The notes beneath the pieces are model-generated. The model was not told where the DNA came from, searched no databases, and saw only the letters and a program-made list of their open reading frames with translations. The translations under genes were made by a program, and so were the position numbers. From Nitrospirota bacterium (GTDB lineage: Bacteria; Nitrospirota; UBA9217), in assembly GCA_963740085.1 (NCBI GenBank), contig CAVUCU010000001.1, positions 256,001-320,000 on the forward strand: a stretch of 64,000 bases of DNA, written 5' to 3'. Positions 40,397 through 50,214 of the stretch are shown here, one piece after another (the stretch's first letter is position 1; each line of letters begins with the position of its first letter).

Positions 40397-41254
40397 ATGA
40401 AGAAGCATCAAAACATACGTATGCTCCTCAGTCGGTTCATTGCTTTCCTGACCAGTGTACTGAGTGACTTCAGACGCAATCAGGGTCTCTTGCTGGCCGG
40501 CGCTCTCGCCTATTATACCCTGCTGTCAATTGTACCCCTGTCGATCCTCGCCCTGATTGTGCTGTCACATTTTATCGGGAAGGCCGAGTTATTTTACACC
40601 TTGTCGACCTATATAGAAATGATGATACCGGGCTATTCGGCTACCTTGAGTGATCAAGTTCGGGTATTTCTGGAACACAGCAGTACGGTCGGGGGTTTTG
40701 TATTTTTGATTATGCTTTTTTTCAGTTCCATAGCCTTTACCGTGCTCGAAAGCGCCATGTCGGTGATCTTTTTTCATCGTTTTCGAACGAAACAGCGTCG
40801 CCTGCTCCTCTCCGCCATTATTCCTTATGTGTATATCTTCTTGATCGGCCTTGGTATCCTGCTGGTGTCGTTTATTGCGGGCGCCATAGAGACCTATAGC
40901 GGCAGGCAGTTAATCATATTCGGATGGGGTTTCAGCCTTCAGGGCCCTTCCTTCGTTGCGCTGTATTTAATCGGGATACTCGGCGAGGTACTGCTGCTGA
41001 CGTCCTTCTATCTGGTCATGCCCGTGGCGCGTATCACATTCCGGTACGCTCTGATGGGAGGGACGATCGCGACGGTCTTATGGGAGATCACCCGCCGCGT
41101 ATTGGTCTGGTATTACTCAGTCCTCTCAACGGTAAATGTAATCTACGGTTCTTTTGCCACGTCAGTGGTGGCACTGCTCAGTTTAGAGGCGATTGCTGTT
41201 ATCGTCTTGCTGGGGGCCCAGTGCATTGCGGAACTAGAGCGCAGAAAGGCTTAG
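40397..41254 (+). CDS. YihY/BrkB family membrane protein
   Basis: AGALAYYTLLS.VP, YGSF, LLGAQ. Confidence 0.88.
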   Translation: MKKHQNIRMLLSRFIAFLTSVLSDFRRNQGLLLAGALAYYTLLSIVPLSILALIVLSHFIGKAELFYTLSTYIEMMIPGYSATLSDQVRVFLEHSSTVGGFVFLIMLFFSSIAFTVLESAMSVIFFHRFRTKQRRLLLSAIIPYVYIFLIGLGILLVSFIAGAIETYSGRQLIIFGWGFSLQGPSFVALYLIGILGEVLLLTSFYLVMPVARITFRYALMGGTIATVLWEITRRVLVWYYSVLSTVNVIYGSFATSVVALLSLEAIAVIVLLGAQCIAELERRKA

Positions 41255-41359
41255 GATCTCCAGCTGCTATATCCCGGTCCCGGGCTCATGTGATATACTT
41301 GGTCCATAACACGACCGGCTTCTGATGAGGTCGAACATTCTTTCCAGGGAGGTTTTATC

Positions 41360-41713
41360 ATGAGATCCGCAGTGTATGTCCTGAAAACGTTGTTTTTCCT
41401 GAGTATAGCATTGACATCGGTATTAGCTGGTTTTTCGGTCTATGCCGCTGACCAGACAATTTGTCATCCTGGTGCGAATGTTTTACTTTATGACAACGGT
41501 TCGCTTAAAGGTTGCCAACTCAAAAATGATTACGAAGCGAATGGCATCAAATGTAAAAGCAATGGTCCTGCCAGTTTTTATAACAACGGCAACCTGGAAT
41601 CGTGTGTGCTCGCCACGCCGGTTACCCTGGACGCGAATAAATGCAAGGAAGATGGTCTGATTACTTTTTACATCGATGGCAAACTGAAATCATGCGTGAA
41701 ACCAAGTAACTGA
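41360..41713 (+). CDS. Small exported protein with three Cys-containing beta-hairpin repeats
   Basis: Signal peptide; YDNGSLKGC / YNNGNLESC / YIDGKLKSC. Confidence 0.7.
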   Translation: MRSAVYVLKTLFFLSIALTSVLAGFSVYAADQTICHPGANVLLYDNGSLKGCQLKNDYEANGIKCKSNGPASFYNNGNLESCVLATPVTLDANKCKEDGLITFYIDGKLKSCVKPSN

Positions 41714-41873
41714 AGAAGAGGATCGAGGGGAATGTTTTTCAGTGAAACATCCTGTCACAAGAATTTAATTTTCCCATCAACTTTTTTTAGCAGGAGTTGG
41801 GAGAAAAATATAACTCGCGCCATGCCACCTCAAGCGAAGCCTGGCGTTTCCGGCGCACGCTCAGCACCACATC

Positions 41874-43304
41874 ATGGTGCGCGGGATCGACAAATCGACT
41901 ATCGTGACAATCAATCCCTTCTTTAAACCTTTCTTTCTGTTCTTCCTGACCGTATCCCTCCTGGGCCTCGGCAATGGATGTGCGACCTTGCCGAACGTTT
42001 CCGAAATGATTAATGAGACGCCGGCTGCACAGAAACCCCGTCAAATCGTTTCGTCCAAAGGGCTGTTGTCTCCCCAGAAAAGCAAAGCTATCATGGAACG
42101 GCTGAAGCGATCGGTCGACCCGACCGACATTCTGGAGCGCCACACTGCCGTGGTAGAATCGGTCACCGAAAGCCCGCTGACGAAGGGGAACAAAGTCACA
42201 CTGCTCGCCGATGGTCAGGCTGCCTATGCCGCCATGTTCAAGGCAATACAGATTGCCAAAGACCACATCAACCTTGAAAGCTATATCATTGAAGATGATG
42301 AAGCTGGCCGAAAATTTTCCGATCTGTTGCTGCAAAAACAGGCGGAAGGTGTCCCGGTAAATCTCATCTATGACAGCATCGGCAGTTTCAGTACCCCTAC
42401 TGCATTTTTCCAGCGCCTGCGGGACGGGGGAATTCAGGTGGTCGAATTCAATCCAATAAATCCGTTCAAAGCCCACGGGCACTGGCTCCTGGCGCATCCG
42501 GACCACCGCAAGATTTTGATCATCGACGGCAACGTCGCCATTGCAGGGGGTATCAATATCAGTTCGGTTTATTCGAGCGGTCTTTCAGGAAGGCGAGTAG
42601 TGGAAGGAAAACCCCTGCCCTGGCGTGACACCGACGTTCAAATCGAAGGCCCTGCGGTGGCTGAATTCCAGAAGCTATTTCTTGACACCTGGCAGAAGCA
42701 GAGCGGCCCGAAACTCCCTGAACGGAACTATTTCCCTGAGCTGAAAGAAAAGGGAAATGCCCTGGTGCGGGTGGTCGGCAGCACGCCGGGACAGAACAAC
42801 AGGATCACTTTTATCGTCTATGTGTCCGCCATCACTTTTGCAGAGCATTCGATTCACCTGACGAATTCCTATTTTATCCCCGACGACCAGATACTGGATG
42901 CCTTCACTGATGCCGCCAGGCGGGGTGTTGACGTAAAGATCATTCTGCCCTCAACCAGCGATTCCTCGCTGTCCTTAGATGCGGCACGGTATAATTATTC
43001 CGAGCTTTTGAAATCGGGGGTGAAGTTGTACGAACGCCGCAACGCCCTGTTGCATGCGAAAACTGCGGTGATTGACGGCATCTGGTCGACCGTCGGTTCT
43101 ACCAACATGGACTATTGGAGCTTGTTAAGCGATGACGAGGTGAATGCCGTTATCCTGAGTCGCGAGTTTGCCGTCGAAATGGAGAAGATGTTTGCCAGGG
43201 ACCTCGCAGAATCACAGCAGATTCAATGGGAAGAGTGGAAAAAAAGACCCTTGTTTCCAAGGATCAGGGAGTGGTTTGCACACGTATTTTCCCATTGGAT
43301 GTAA
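41874..43304 (+). CDS. cls: Cardiolipin synthase / PLD-family lipoprotein
   Basis: GNGCA lipobox-like site; DHRKILIID...GGIN; LHAKTAVID...GSTNMD. Confidence 0.85.
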   Translation: MVRGIDKSTIVTINPFFKPFFLFFLTVSLLGLGNGCATLPNVSEMINETPAAQKPRQIVSSKGLLSPQKSKAIMERLKRSVDPTDILERHTAVVESVTESPLTKGNKVTLLADGQAAYAAMFKAIQIAKDHINLESYIIEDDEAGRKFSDLLLQKQAEGVPVNLIYDSIGSFSTPTAFFQRLRDGGIQVVEFNPINPFKAHGHWLLAHPDHRKILIIDGNVAIAGGINISSVYSSGLSGRRVVEGKPLPWRDTDVQIEGPAVAEFQKLFLDTWQKQSGPKLPERNYFPELKEKGNALVRVVGSTPGQNNRITFIVYVSAITFAEHSIHLTNSYFIPDDQILDAFTDAARRGVDVKIILPSTSDSSLSLDAARYNYSELLKSGVKLYERRNALLHAKTAVIDGIWSTVGSTNMDYWSLLSDDEVNAVILSREFAVEMEKMFARDLAESQQIQWEEWKKRPLFPRIREWFAHVFSHWM

Positions 43305-43460
43305 GACATCGCCGCCTTACCGCCGCCTATATACTTAAAGAGATTGCAGATCATCCCGAAATTCATTATACTACGGTAGTCAAAAGAGGTTATTACGGGT
43401 TTTGAGACGACCTGATGTTTCAGGACCTGTTTCTACTCTTGATACTATCCAGATATAACC

Positions 43461-44666
43461 ATGACCATCGCTTACTTCGATTGTTTTTCCGGCATATCCG
43501 GCGACATGACCCTCGGCGCGCTTGTGGACGCGGGCGTCTCGATCGACGCCTTGCGCGCGGAACTGGCGAGACTCGATCTTCCCGGCTACGAGATCACGTC
43601 TGACAAGGTTAAACGTTCCGGAATTGCCGCCACCAGGGTCCATGTCATCATTGATCAGAAAGACCAGACATCGCGCCATCTCTCGGAGATAGAAAAGATC
43701 ATAGAAGGTTCTTCACTGCCTTTAGCGGTAAGAAAGAACAGCCTGCGGATATTCAAACGGCTGGCGGACGCGGAAGCAAAGGTGCACGGCACGACGCCCG
43801 ACAAGATCCACTTCCATGAGGTCGGCGCGGTCGATTCGATTGTGGATATCGTCGGTTCGGTCATCGGTCTTGAGCTTCTGGGCGTCTCGAAGATCATGGC
43901 ATCCGCGATCAATGCCGGCTCAGGCATGGTCCAGACTTCTCACGGAATGCTTCCCATTCCCGCCCCGGCGACGGCTGAGCTGCTTGCCAATATCCCCCTG
44001 TATCAATCAGCAACCCTGTTTGAGCTCACCACGCCCACGGGTGCGGCGATCATCAGCACGCTCGGGTCCTCCTTCGGCCTCATGCCTCCGATGAAGGTCG
44101 AGCGGACCGCCTACGGCGCGGGTGATAAAGATTTTCCGGGACAGCCGAATGTCCTGCGGCTCATGATCGGGGAGCCGGTTGCCGGGTACGATGAGGATAC
44201 GTCCATCGTCATCGAGACGAATATTGATGACATGAACCCGCAGATGTATGATTATGTCGTCGAGAAGCTCATGCAGCAGGGCGCGCAGGATGTGTATCTC
44301 ACTCCGATCATCATGAAAAAAGGCAGGCCCGCGATCCTGTTGTCGGTATTAACCGATCGGTCGAAGACTGATATCCTGCTCAACACCCTGTTCCGGGAAA
44401 CGACCAGCATCGGCGTCCGGATCAAGGAAGCGGGGAGGAAGAAACTCTCCCGCGAGATGCGTGAAGTCGAAACCCCGTATGGCAAGATCGGGATAAAGAT
44501 CAGCAAGAACGGCAATGAGATACTCACGGTGACCCCTGAGTATGAGGATTGCAGAAGGATCGCGGAGGAAAGGCGAATACCTTTGAAACAAGTGATAGAA
44601 GAAGCGAAAGCCATCTTTTCTCGCAGAGGCGCAGAGGGCGCAGAGAAAAGCGATGACAGAAAATAA
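43461..44666 (+). CDS. larC: Nickel-pincer cofactor nickel insertase LarC
   Basis: YFDCFSGISGDMTLGAL, HFHEVGAVDSIVDI, PAPAT, ETNIDD, MKKGRP, PEYEDC. Confidence 0.95.
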   Translation: MTIAYFDCFSGISGDMTLGALVDAGVSIDALRAELARLDLPGYEITSDKVKRSGIAATRVHVIIDQKDQTSRHLSEIEKIIEGSSLPLAVRKNSLRIFKRLADAEAKVHGTTPDKIHFHEVGAVDSIVDIVGSVIGLELLGVSKIMASAINAGSGMVQTSHGMLPIPAPATAELLANIPLYQSATLFELTTPTGAAIISTLGSSFGLMPPMKVERTAYGAGDKDFPGQPNVLRLMIGEPVAGYDEDTSIVIETNIDDMNPQMYDYVVEKLMQQGAQDVYLTPIIMKKGRPAILLSVLTDRSKTDILLNTLFRETTSIGVRIKEAGRKKLSREMREVETPYGKIGIKISKNGNEILTVTPEYEDCRRIAEERRIPLKQVIEEAKAIFSRRGAEGAEKSDDRK

Positions 44667-45087
44667 TATAACGGGTAATATCATAGACTGCTGCCTTAAA
44701 ATTCATAAGACGTTAGGCCCTGGACTTTTGGAATCGGTCTATGAGGAAGCACTGGCATACGAATTAAAAAGAAGAGGTCTTCCTTGCGACAGGCAGGTTG
44801 AAGTTCCAGTTGTTTATGACGGGATCAAGATGAATATTGGCTTTCGCGCCGATATTATCGTGGATGGCGAGGTCATTGTAGAACTGAAATCCATTGAATC
44901 GGTTCACCCTGTTCACAAGAAGCAGCTTCTGACTTATTTGAAGTTATCACAAAAGAGAGTCGGACTGTTAATCAACTTTAACGAAGATTTCATCAAGAAC
45001 GGAATTGCTCGGATTGCGAATGGCATTTAACCGCTGACCTTTTGAATTTTATTTGCATCACTCTGCGCACTCTGCGCCTCTGCGAGA
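44619..45087 (+). mobile_element. Putative element: GxxExxY nuclease gene between 27-bp inverted arms
   Basis: Left arm 44619-44645 TCTCGCAGAGGCGCAGAGGGCGCAGAG; right arm 45061-45087 CTCTGCGCACTCTGCGCCTCTGCGAGA (26/27 complementary). Mobility is inferred. Confidence 0.6.
44653..45030 (+). CDS. GxxExxY protein (PD-(D/E)xK nuclease fold)
   Basis: LGPGLLESVYEEAL; RADIIVDGEVIVELK; QLLTYLK...GLLINF. Confidence 0.93.
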   Translation: MTENNITGNIIDCCLKIHKTLGPGLLESVYEEALAYELKRRGLPCDRQVEVPVVYDGIKMNIGFRADIIVDGEVIVELKSIESVHPVHKKQLLTYLKLSQKRVGLLINFNEDFIKNGIARIANGI

Positions 45088-45097
45088 TAAAAAGAGA

Positions 45098-46810
45098 ATG
45101 AGAACGATCCGCATTTCCATGGCACAGATCAACCCCGTCGTCGGCGATCTCGCGGGCAACCGGGATAAGATCATCGACGCGATCAATAACGCGAAAAAGC
45201 TCGATGCCGACATTGTCGCGCTGCCGGAGCTTGCCGTGACCGGTTATCCGCCGGAGGACCTGCTGCTGAAGCCCCGGTTCGTGCAGGACAGCATCAGGAC
45301 CCTCAAAGAGATCCAGCGGACTACGAGGGGTATCATCGCGATCGTCGGGTTCGTTGACAAGAGCCGCGACAACCTCTTCAATGCAGCCGCCATATTGACC
45401 CAGGGGAAACATATCTACACCTATCGCAAGGTCTTCCTGCCGAATTACGGCGTGTTCGATGAATATCGGTACTTCACTCCGGGAGGACGCTACCCCGTCA
45501 TCACGGTCAAGGGCGTCGGCGTGGGCGTGAATATCTGCGAGGACATCTGGTATGAAGAAGGGCCCACGCGCGTCCAGGCGCTGGCGGGCGCGGAGGTTAT
45601 CGTGAACATCAACGCGTCTCCCTACCATAAAGGCAAGGGCAAAGAGCGCTTGAAAATGCTTTCCGAGCGGGCGAAAGAGAACAACATCGTTATCTCATAT
45701 ACCAATACCGTCGGCGGTCAGGACGAGCTCGTTTTTGACGGCCAGAGCATGATCATCGATCGGAGCGGTAAAATTATCGCTCGCGGGAGGCAATTCGAAG
45801 AGGAACTGCTGACCATGGATATCCCTGTTCCCGGGGACATGGTCCGCTTTCCCGATAACCGGGAGCAGTTCAGCGATTTCCTCGATTATGTCTCTCTGTC
45901 GGAGTATCCGGCAGGAGCAAAGAAAAAGCTTCCTGTTGTAAGCCCCACCAAACCCCTCTCCGAGTGCGAGGAGGTGCACCGTGCCCTCGTGCTCGGCACG
46001 CGGGATTATATGCGCAAGAACGGTTTCAAGTCCGCGGTCATCGGCCTCTCAGGCGGCATTGATTCGTCGCTCGTAGCCGCGATCGCCGTGGAGGCCATGG
46101 GAAAAGAGAATGTGTTCGGCGTGTTCATGCCGTCACCGTACAGCTCGGACGAGAGCCGCGAAGACGCCGGCGATCTTGCCCGCAACCTCGGCATCAGGAT
46201 CCTGGAGATCCCCATCAAGCAGACCTTTGAATCGTATCTCACGACGCTTCGCCGGGTGTTCGAGAAAACAACGACCGACGTAACCGAAGAGAACCTCCAG
46301 GCCAGGATCCGGGGCAATATCCTTATGGCCCTCTCGAACAAGTTCGGCTGGCTCGTGCTCACCACGGGCAACAAGAGCGAGATGTCCGTTGGATATGCCA
46401 CATTATACGGTGACATGGCCGGGGGCTTTGCCGTGATCAAGGACGTTCCCAAGACCCTGGTCTATGAAGTATCACGATGCGTGAACAAGCTCGCGGGGAA
46501 GACCGTGATCCCGAGGCGCGTTATGACCAAGGCGCCGACCGCGGAACTCAGGCCGAACCAGAAGGACAGCGATTCCCTCCCCCTGTATTCGGAACTCGAC
46601 CCGATCCTGAAGGCCTATGTTGAGCAGGACAGAGAACGCACCGAGATAATCAAGATGGGATTTGACAGAAAGACCGTGGAACGCGTGATCCGTCTCGTGG
46701 ACTCAAGCGAGTACAAACGCCGCCAGGCCCCTCCCGGGGTCAAGATCACCCAGCGGGGACTGGGCAAGGACCGAAGGTTCCCGATAACGAACAGGTACAA
46801 GAGCTCTTAA
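45098..46810 (+). CDS. nadE: Glutamine-dependent NAD+ synthetase
   Basis: Nitrilase domain (PEL..TGYPPEDL, ICEDIW) plus GLSGGIDS, ENLQARIRG, TGNKSE, PTAEL. Confidence 0.96.
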   Translation: MRTIRISMAQINPVVGDLAGNRDKIIDAINNAKKLDADIVALPELAVTGYPPEDLLLKPRFVQDSIRTLKEIQRTTRGIIAIVGFVDKSRDNLFNAAAILTQGKHIYTYRKVFLPNYGVFDEYRYFTPGGRYPVITVKGVGVGVNICEDIWYEEGPTRVQALAGAEVIVNINASPYHKGKGKERLKMLSERAKENNIVISYTNTVGGQDELVFDGQSMIIDRSGKIIARGRQFEEELLTMDIPVPGDMVRFPDNREQFSDFLDYVSLSEYPAGAKKKLPVVSPTKPLSECEEVHRALVLGTRDYMRKNGFKSAVIGLSGGIDSSLVAAIAVEAMGKENVFGVFMPSPYSSDESREDAGDLARNLGIRILEIPIKQTFESYLTTLRRVFEKTTTDVTEENLQARIRGNILMALSNKFGWLVLTTGNKSEMSVGYATLYGDMAGGFAVIKDVPKTLVYEVSRCVNKLAGKTVIPRRVMTKAPTAELRPNQKDSDSLPLYSELDPILKAYVEQDRERTEIIKMGFDRKTVERVIRLVDSSEYKRRQAPPGVKITQRGLGKDRRFPITNRYKSS

Positions 46811-46814
46811 ATTC

Positions 46815-46896
46815 AGGGTACAGGGGCAAGGGTACAGGGTTCAGTCGTTCTGGTTTTACCTGTTTCCTTAACCCTTAACCCTGAACCCTGATCCCT
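46815..46896. repeat. Inverted arrays of 7-bp units (AGGGTAC/AGGGTTC ... CCTTAAC/CCTGAAC)
   Basis: Four heptamers, a short spacer, then four complementary heptamers abutting the rsmI ATG. Confidence 0.75.
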
Positions 46897-46897
46897 T

Positions 46898-47779
46898 ATG
46901 ACTTTCGGAACTCTCTACATAGTCGCCACCCCTATCGGGAACCTCGAGGACATGACCCTCCGGGCGATCCGCACGATGAAGGAAGCCGATCTCGTTGCCG
47001 CGGAAGACACCAGGCATACCAGACATCTGCTCGACCGGTATCAAATAGAGACGCAGCTCACCAGCTACCACGACCACAACAAGGAAGAAAAGGCCCCGGT
47101 CCTGGTCGCGCGAATGCTCGAAGGAAAGAGCGTGGCCCTCGTTTCCGACGCAGGTACTCCCGGCATCTCGGACCCCGGCTATTTCCTCATCAATCTTGCC
47201 ATAGACCGAAAGATCCCTGTCGTTCCCATCCCCGGGGCAACCGCTGCTATCGCCGCGCTCTCGGTCTCGGGCATGCCGACCGACCGGTTTATATTCGAAG
47301 GTTTTCTCCCGGCAAAACATCTGGCACGGCTCAAGCGTTTGAAGGAACTTGCCGCGGAAGAACGCACCATTGTCTTTTACGAAGCCCCGCACAAGATCAT
47401 CAGGGCAGTCGAGGACATGTTCGAGGTCTTTGGCGACCGTCGTGCGGTCATTACCCGCGAGTTGACCAAGATCCATGAAGAAACCATCCGCGGAACGCTT
47501 TCGAAATGTCTCAAACGCCTCCAGGAAGGCACCATCAAAGGCGAATTCACCGTCATTGTTCACGGTGCAACGAAGGATCCGAAGACGCAGAACCTCGATA
47601 CCGCCGCGTATCTCAAAAATCTCATCCTCCACCGCGGCCTGAGCAGAAAAGAAGCTATTTCAGTTGCCGCAGATGAACTTGGCATACCGAAGAAGGACGT
47701 GTACAGGGAAAGCCTGAAGATGGAGGCTACACCGGGTAATTCGAAGGGAAGCGAGGATGGAGAAGAAAAGACGTCGTAA
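46898..47779 (+). CDS. rsmI: 16S rRNA (cytidine1402-2'-O)-methyltransferase
   Basis: LYIVATPIGNLEDMTLRA, AEDTR, SDAGTPGISDPG, RELTKIHEE. Confidence 0.96.
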   Translation: MTFGTLYIVATPIGNLEDMTLRAIRTMKEADLVAAEDTRHTRHLLDRYQIETQLTSYHDHNKEEKAPVLVARMLEGKSVALVSDAGTPGISDPGYFLINLAIDRKIPVVPIPGATAAIAALSVSGMPTDRFIFEGFLPAKHLARLKRLKELAAEERTIVFYEAPHKIIRAVEDMFEVFGDRRAVITRELTKIHEETIRGTLSKCLKRLQEGTIKGEFTVIVHGATKDPKTQNLDTAAYLKNLILHRGLSRKEAISVAADELGIPKKDVYRESLKMEATPGNSKGSEDGEEKTS

Positions 47780-47791
47780 ATGACCGCTGCC

Positions 47792-48235
47792 TCAGAGATA
47801 CACCCCGAGCCCTATTACGACATTCACGAGATAAAGGCAGAGGATGGCAACGCCGAGAATGAAATGAGGAGTGCGATAGGGAGAGTCCGGTCCTTTAATG
47901 TCGCGTGTTATCTTATAAGTCGCAATCAGCAGGACAACGATGGTGAACCCGGTGAAGAGATGAGGCGGAAATTCAAGAACGTTGCCCGTATCAAGAAGGA
48001 CAAGGGTGAGCCCTTCCAGGAACCCGAGCCCACCCAGGATCACCAGAACAGGCCCCATCCTCCGATGACGCTTGATCAATGGAAACGGTAATGGCGCGCG
48101 TCCCCTTCTCTCCCGCCGGATCCTGAGCCCGAGCCATCCCTGATACAGGAAAAGCAGCATCACGACCGCGTTATAGATGCCGTGCACCGGCCGGAGATCA
48201 GCGAGTAATTGTCTGTCGATCAGGGGATATTGCAT
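47792..48235 (-). CDS. DUF4079-like four-TM membrane protein with His residues
   Basis: Four hydrophobic helices, each with a His (VHG, RHR, PHL, PHF). Confidence 0.7.
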   Translation of the reverse strand: MQYPLIDRQLLADLRPVHGIYNAVVMLLFLYQGWLGLRIRRERRGRAPLPFPLIKRHRRMGPVLVILGGLGFLEGLTLVLLDTGNVLEFPPHLFTGFTIVVLLIATYKITRDIKGPDSPYRTPHFILGVAILCLYLVNVVIGLGVYL

Positions 48236-48288
48236 AAATATATTTACTCTGTACTCCGAACTCCGAACGCTAAACTCCGAACTGCAAT

Positions 48289-48789
48289 CTACTCCACCAC
48301 CTCGATCGTACCGTCCATGCCACGATCTTTATGGCTCTTGAACCACAGAAGCCTCTTGTCGCAGAACATATCGTACTTCCCAACTTTTGTCGGAGTGAAT
48401 TTAATTATCTCCGGCTTTTTGTCACTGAGATTCGCTTTAAAATCGATGCCTGCTTCAGGAGCTTTTACGATCATATCATGCGGGATGTATCCCGGCGCTT
48501 TCTTGACCGTCAGCTCGACCGGTACATTCACCTTCACGACAATATAGTTTGGATCGAAATAGTAGTCACCTCCGGTGACCTCTACGCGCTGTACTCCATC
48601 AGCTCCTACTGTCGCGACCACACGGTTTATCTTCCCCATTGCATGATCATGCTGCTCCACCCCTGCTGCCGGCGCCATGGTCGAATTCACGTCTTGCTTC
48701 ATCTCGACCTTGGGTTCCTCACCGAATGCGACAAAGCTGAATGGCAATACTACTACCAACGCAACGACCAGAAACTTGACGTACTTCAT
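48289..48789 (-). CDS. Exported cupredoxin-domain protein
   Basis: YFDPNYIVV, PHD, GKYDMFCDK...SH...GM type-1 Cu ligand set. Confidence 0.85.
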   Translation of the reverse strand: MKYVKFLVVALVVVLPFSFVAFGEEPKVEMKQDVNSTMAPAAGVEQHDHAMGKINRVVATVGADGVQRVEVTGGDYYFDPNYIVVKVNVPVELTVKKAPGYIPHDMIVKAPEAGIDFKANLSDKKPEIIKFTPTKVGKYDMFCDKRLLWFKSHKDRGMDGTIEVVE

Positions 48790-48865
48790 ACCGTTCCTCC
48801 TTGATTGATGAATTGACTTCTGACTTTAAGTATAGCACCAGCTGTACGACTTTATTGCTTCCCTT

Positions 48866-50068
48866 TCAACAGACAGGATATTTGCCTTTGCTTAGTGCCG
48901 TGCAGAACCGGTTGATGTTCGCAAACTCCCGCTTAAAGATGTCCTCGGACGGGCCGATGATCTCGCTCATCTTTTTCCCCCGCTCGAGCAGGACCTGCGC
49001 CGCGGCCACCTGCGGCATGTTGATCGGCGTACCGATGCGGCTCAGAAGCAGGACATACACCTCGCGGATCCCCTCGATCGTTTCATACAGATTTTTTGCG
49101 ATCTTGTGTGCAAGCACATTGTAGATCTTTCCCACATGGCTCACCGGATTCTTGCCTGCCGCAGCTTCAGTGCCCATTGGCCGGTTCATGGAAATAAGCC
49201 CGTTCACCCGGTTCCCTCGCCCCACCTGGCCCGAGTCGGCGTCTTCCGCTGATGTTCCGAGGAGGGCCAGATACACACCTCCGAGACCCCGGCCCTTTTC
49301 GTCAAGGGTATTATAGCTGATTCGAATATCCCTGAAACCTCCGAACCGCATGACAAATTTCCGCATCTCCTGCACGAGCATTTCTTTGTGCTCAAAATAG
49401 TCCTTTTCGGAACGGATATACCTGCAGATCAGCGGCATGGCAACCGTGAGGTCCAGCACCCGCTCCGTCCTCAGACCCATCACCTTGATATCCTCGCCGG
49501 TCTCGGGGTGCGTTCGTTTAAAAGGTCTTGAATTGAGATATCGCTCTAATCCGAGCACAACCTTTTCACAAGGGCTGAGCGGATAATAACCGACGGCCGC
49601 TGATGTATCATTTGCGCCGCGTATTTGCCCCGGGCGGGAAAAGATGTCCTTGAGTTCTTCCGAACCCGGAGCGAGCACCACGCGGTACTTCACGTGCTTC
49701 TGCGGATCAACAAAACGCATATGTTGCTTCAGCCATGCCTGCGCCGCGTTCACGGCAATCTCCGCGACGGGAACTTTTTTCCGGCCGACGGATAAGGTGG
49801 CCCGGTCGCCGATAGTAAGTTCCATGGGTCTCAGGACCCTGCCCCCTCCGAACCTTTTCTCGACCCGTCCGGCGGCAAGCAGCCCCTTGTCGATATTGTG
49901 ATGCAGAATGGCCCCGAACTCCCGCACATACTCCTTCGAGAGCGCGATGGAAATCGCCTCCATCATGGAGTCGCACAGGTAATCCGGATGGCCTGTGCCT
50001 TTTCGCTCAACGATCTCCACACGGTGTTCTGCAACCGATGTTCCCTGATAGGGCTCGATAAGAATCAT
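48866..50068 (-). CDS. mat: Archaeal-type methionine adenosyltransferase (SAM synthetase)
   Basis: [64 protein letters not shown]. Confidence 0.92.
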   Translation of the reverse strand: MILIEPYQGTSVAEHRVEIVERKGTGHPDYLCDSMMEAISIALSKEYVREFGAILHHNIDKGLLAAGRVEKRFGGGRVLRPMELTIGDRATLSVGRKKVPVAEIAVNAAQAWLKQHMRFVDPQKHVKYRVVLAPGSEELKDIFSRPGQIRGANDTSAAVGYYPLSPCEKVVLGLERYLNSRPFKRTHPETGEDIKVMGLRTERVLDLTVAMPLICRYIRSEKDYFEHKEMLVQEMRKFVMRFGGFRDIRISYNTLDEKGRGLGGVYLALLGTSAEDADSGQVGRGNRVNGLISMNRPMGTEAAAGKNPVSHVGKIYNVLAHKIAKNLYETIEGIREVYVLLLSRIGTPINMPQVAAAQVLLERGKKMSEIIGPSEDIFKREFANINRFCTALSKGKYPVC

Positions 50069-50214
50069 GATATACAGTTTAGCATAACCCTGTCTGCAAT
50101 TCCGTCCCTGGCGAGAATATCTTTTTTGACAAAGTTCCTTAATTGGGTAATAATGATATACGTACGATAGGAATTCCCGGTTCATCATCTCTCTGGCCAG
50201 CGAGTCCGTTCACC

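Noticed and set aside
45053-45097. N-terminal extensions in the ORF track (nadE 45053; also purM 2528, trpS 15596, ATPase 29344, mat 50188, pstC 61000, pstA 62059)
   Set aside because: The extensions run through repeats or promoters; downstream starts fit family N-termini and RBS positions better.
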